A stretch of 48,321 nt of DNA, taken from an uncultured bacterium (GTDB lineage: Bacteria; Fidelibacterota; Marinisomatia; Marinisomatales; UBA1611). The stretch lies in assembly GCA_943788175.1 (NCBI GenBank), contig CALSPG010000009.1, positions 1-48,321 on the forward strand, given 5' to 3'. Position 1 is the stretch's first letter, and every line of letters begins with the position of its first letter. The notes under the pieces are model-generated. The model saw nothing but the letters and a program-made list of their open reading frames with translations, made no database searches and was not told the origin of the DNA. The position numbers were made by a program, and so were the translations under genes. Of the stretch, positions 48,252-48,321 are shown one piece after another.

Positions 48252-48321
48252 TATATTTTCCATACAATTATCTATATGCAGCCTTGTAATTAATGTTTAT
48301 AGATTACACTCAAATAGAGAT

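Overview
AT-rich bacterial chromosomal segment, almost all on the + strand. PorV-like and T9SS-CTD genes, a GWxTD protein, an SHMT with a Bacteroidota-type insertion and grpE-dnaJ without dnaK point to an FCB-group organism; Marinimicrobia/Marinisomatota is my best guess (inference). Bases 1-2600 look like a decayed accessory island: MORN-like protein, YgjP-like HEXXH protein, small hypotheticals, an RHH-like protein, and an unannotated integrase N-terminal remnant next to tRNA-Ala(GGC). The rest is a long envelope-biogenesis and housekeeping cluster: TonB-dependent receptor, trxA-trxB, a degenerate ABC ATPase with a 5x72-bp repeat tail, heptose kinase, beta-propeller + GWxTD, mreBCD-mrdA-rodA, CpoB-like, half-GlgA + DUF4270-like lipoprotein + FadL-like barrel + TPR, glyA, a TPAT-type TRAP transporter, then nadD, a Ca/Na antiporter, ftsEX, grpE-dnaJ, a pilin-like + GspL/PilM-like pair, rsmD, coaD, FmdB-like and icd. 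The best candidate for an undescribed system is the operon at 29.3-38.2 kb: PorV-like barrel with an acidic insertion, an M6-family pseudo-protease with a T9SS-type tail, a peptidase-propeller-Omp85-like fusion, a DUF5683-like protein and BamD. All family calls are from motif recognition by eye; no searches were run.
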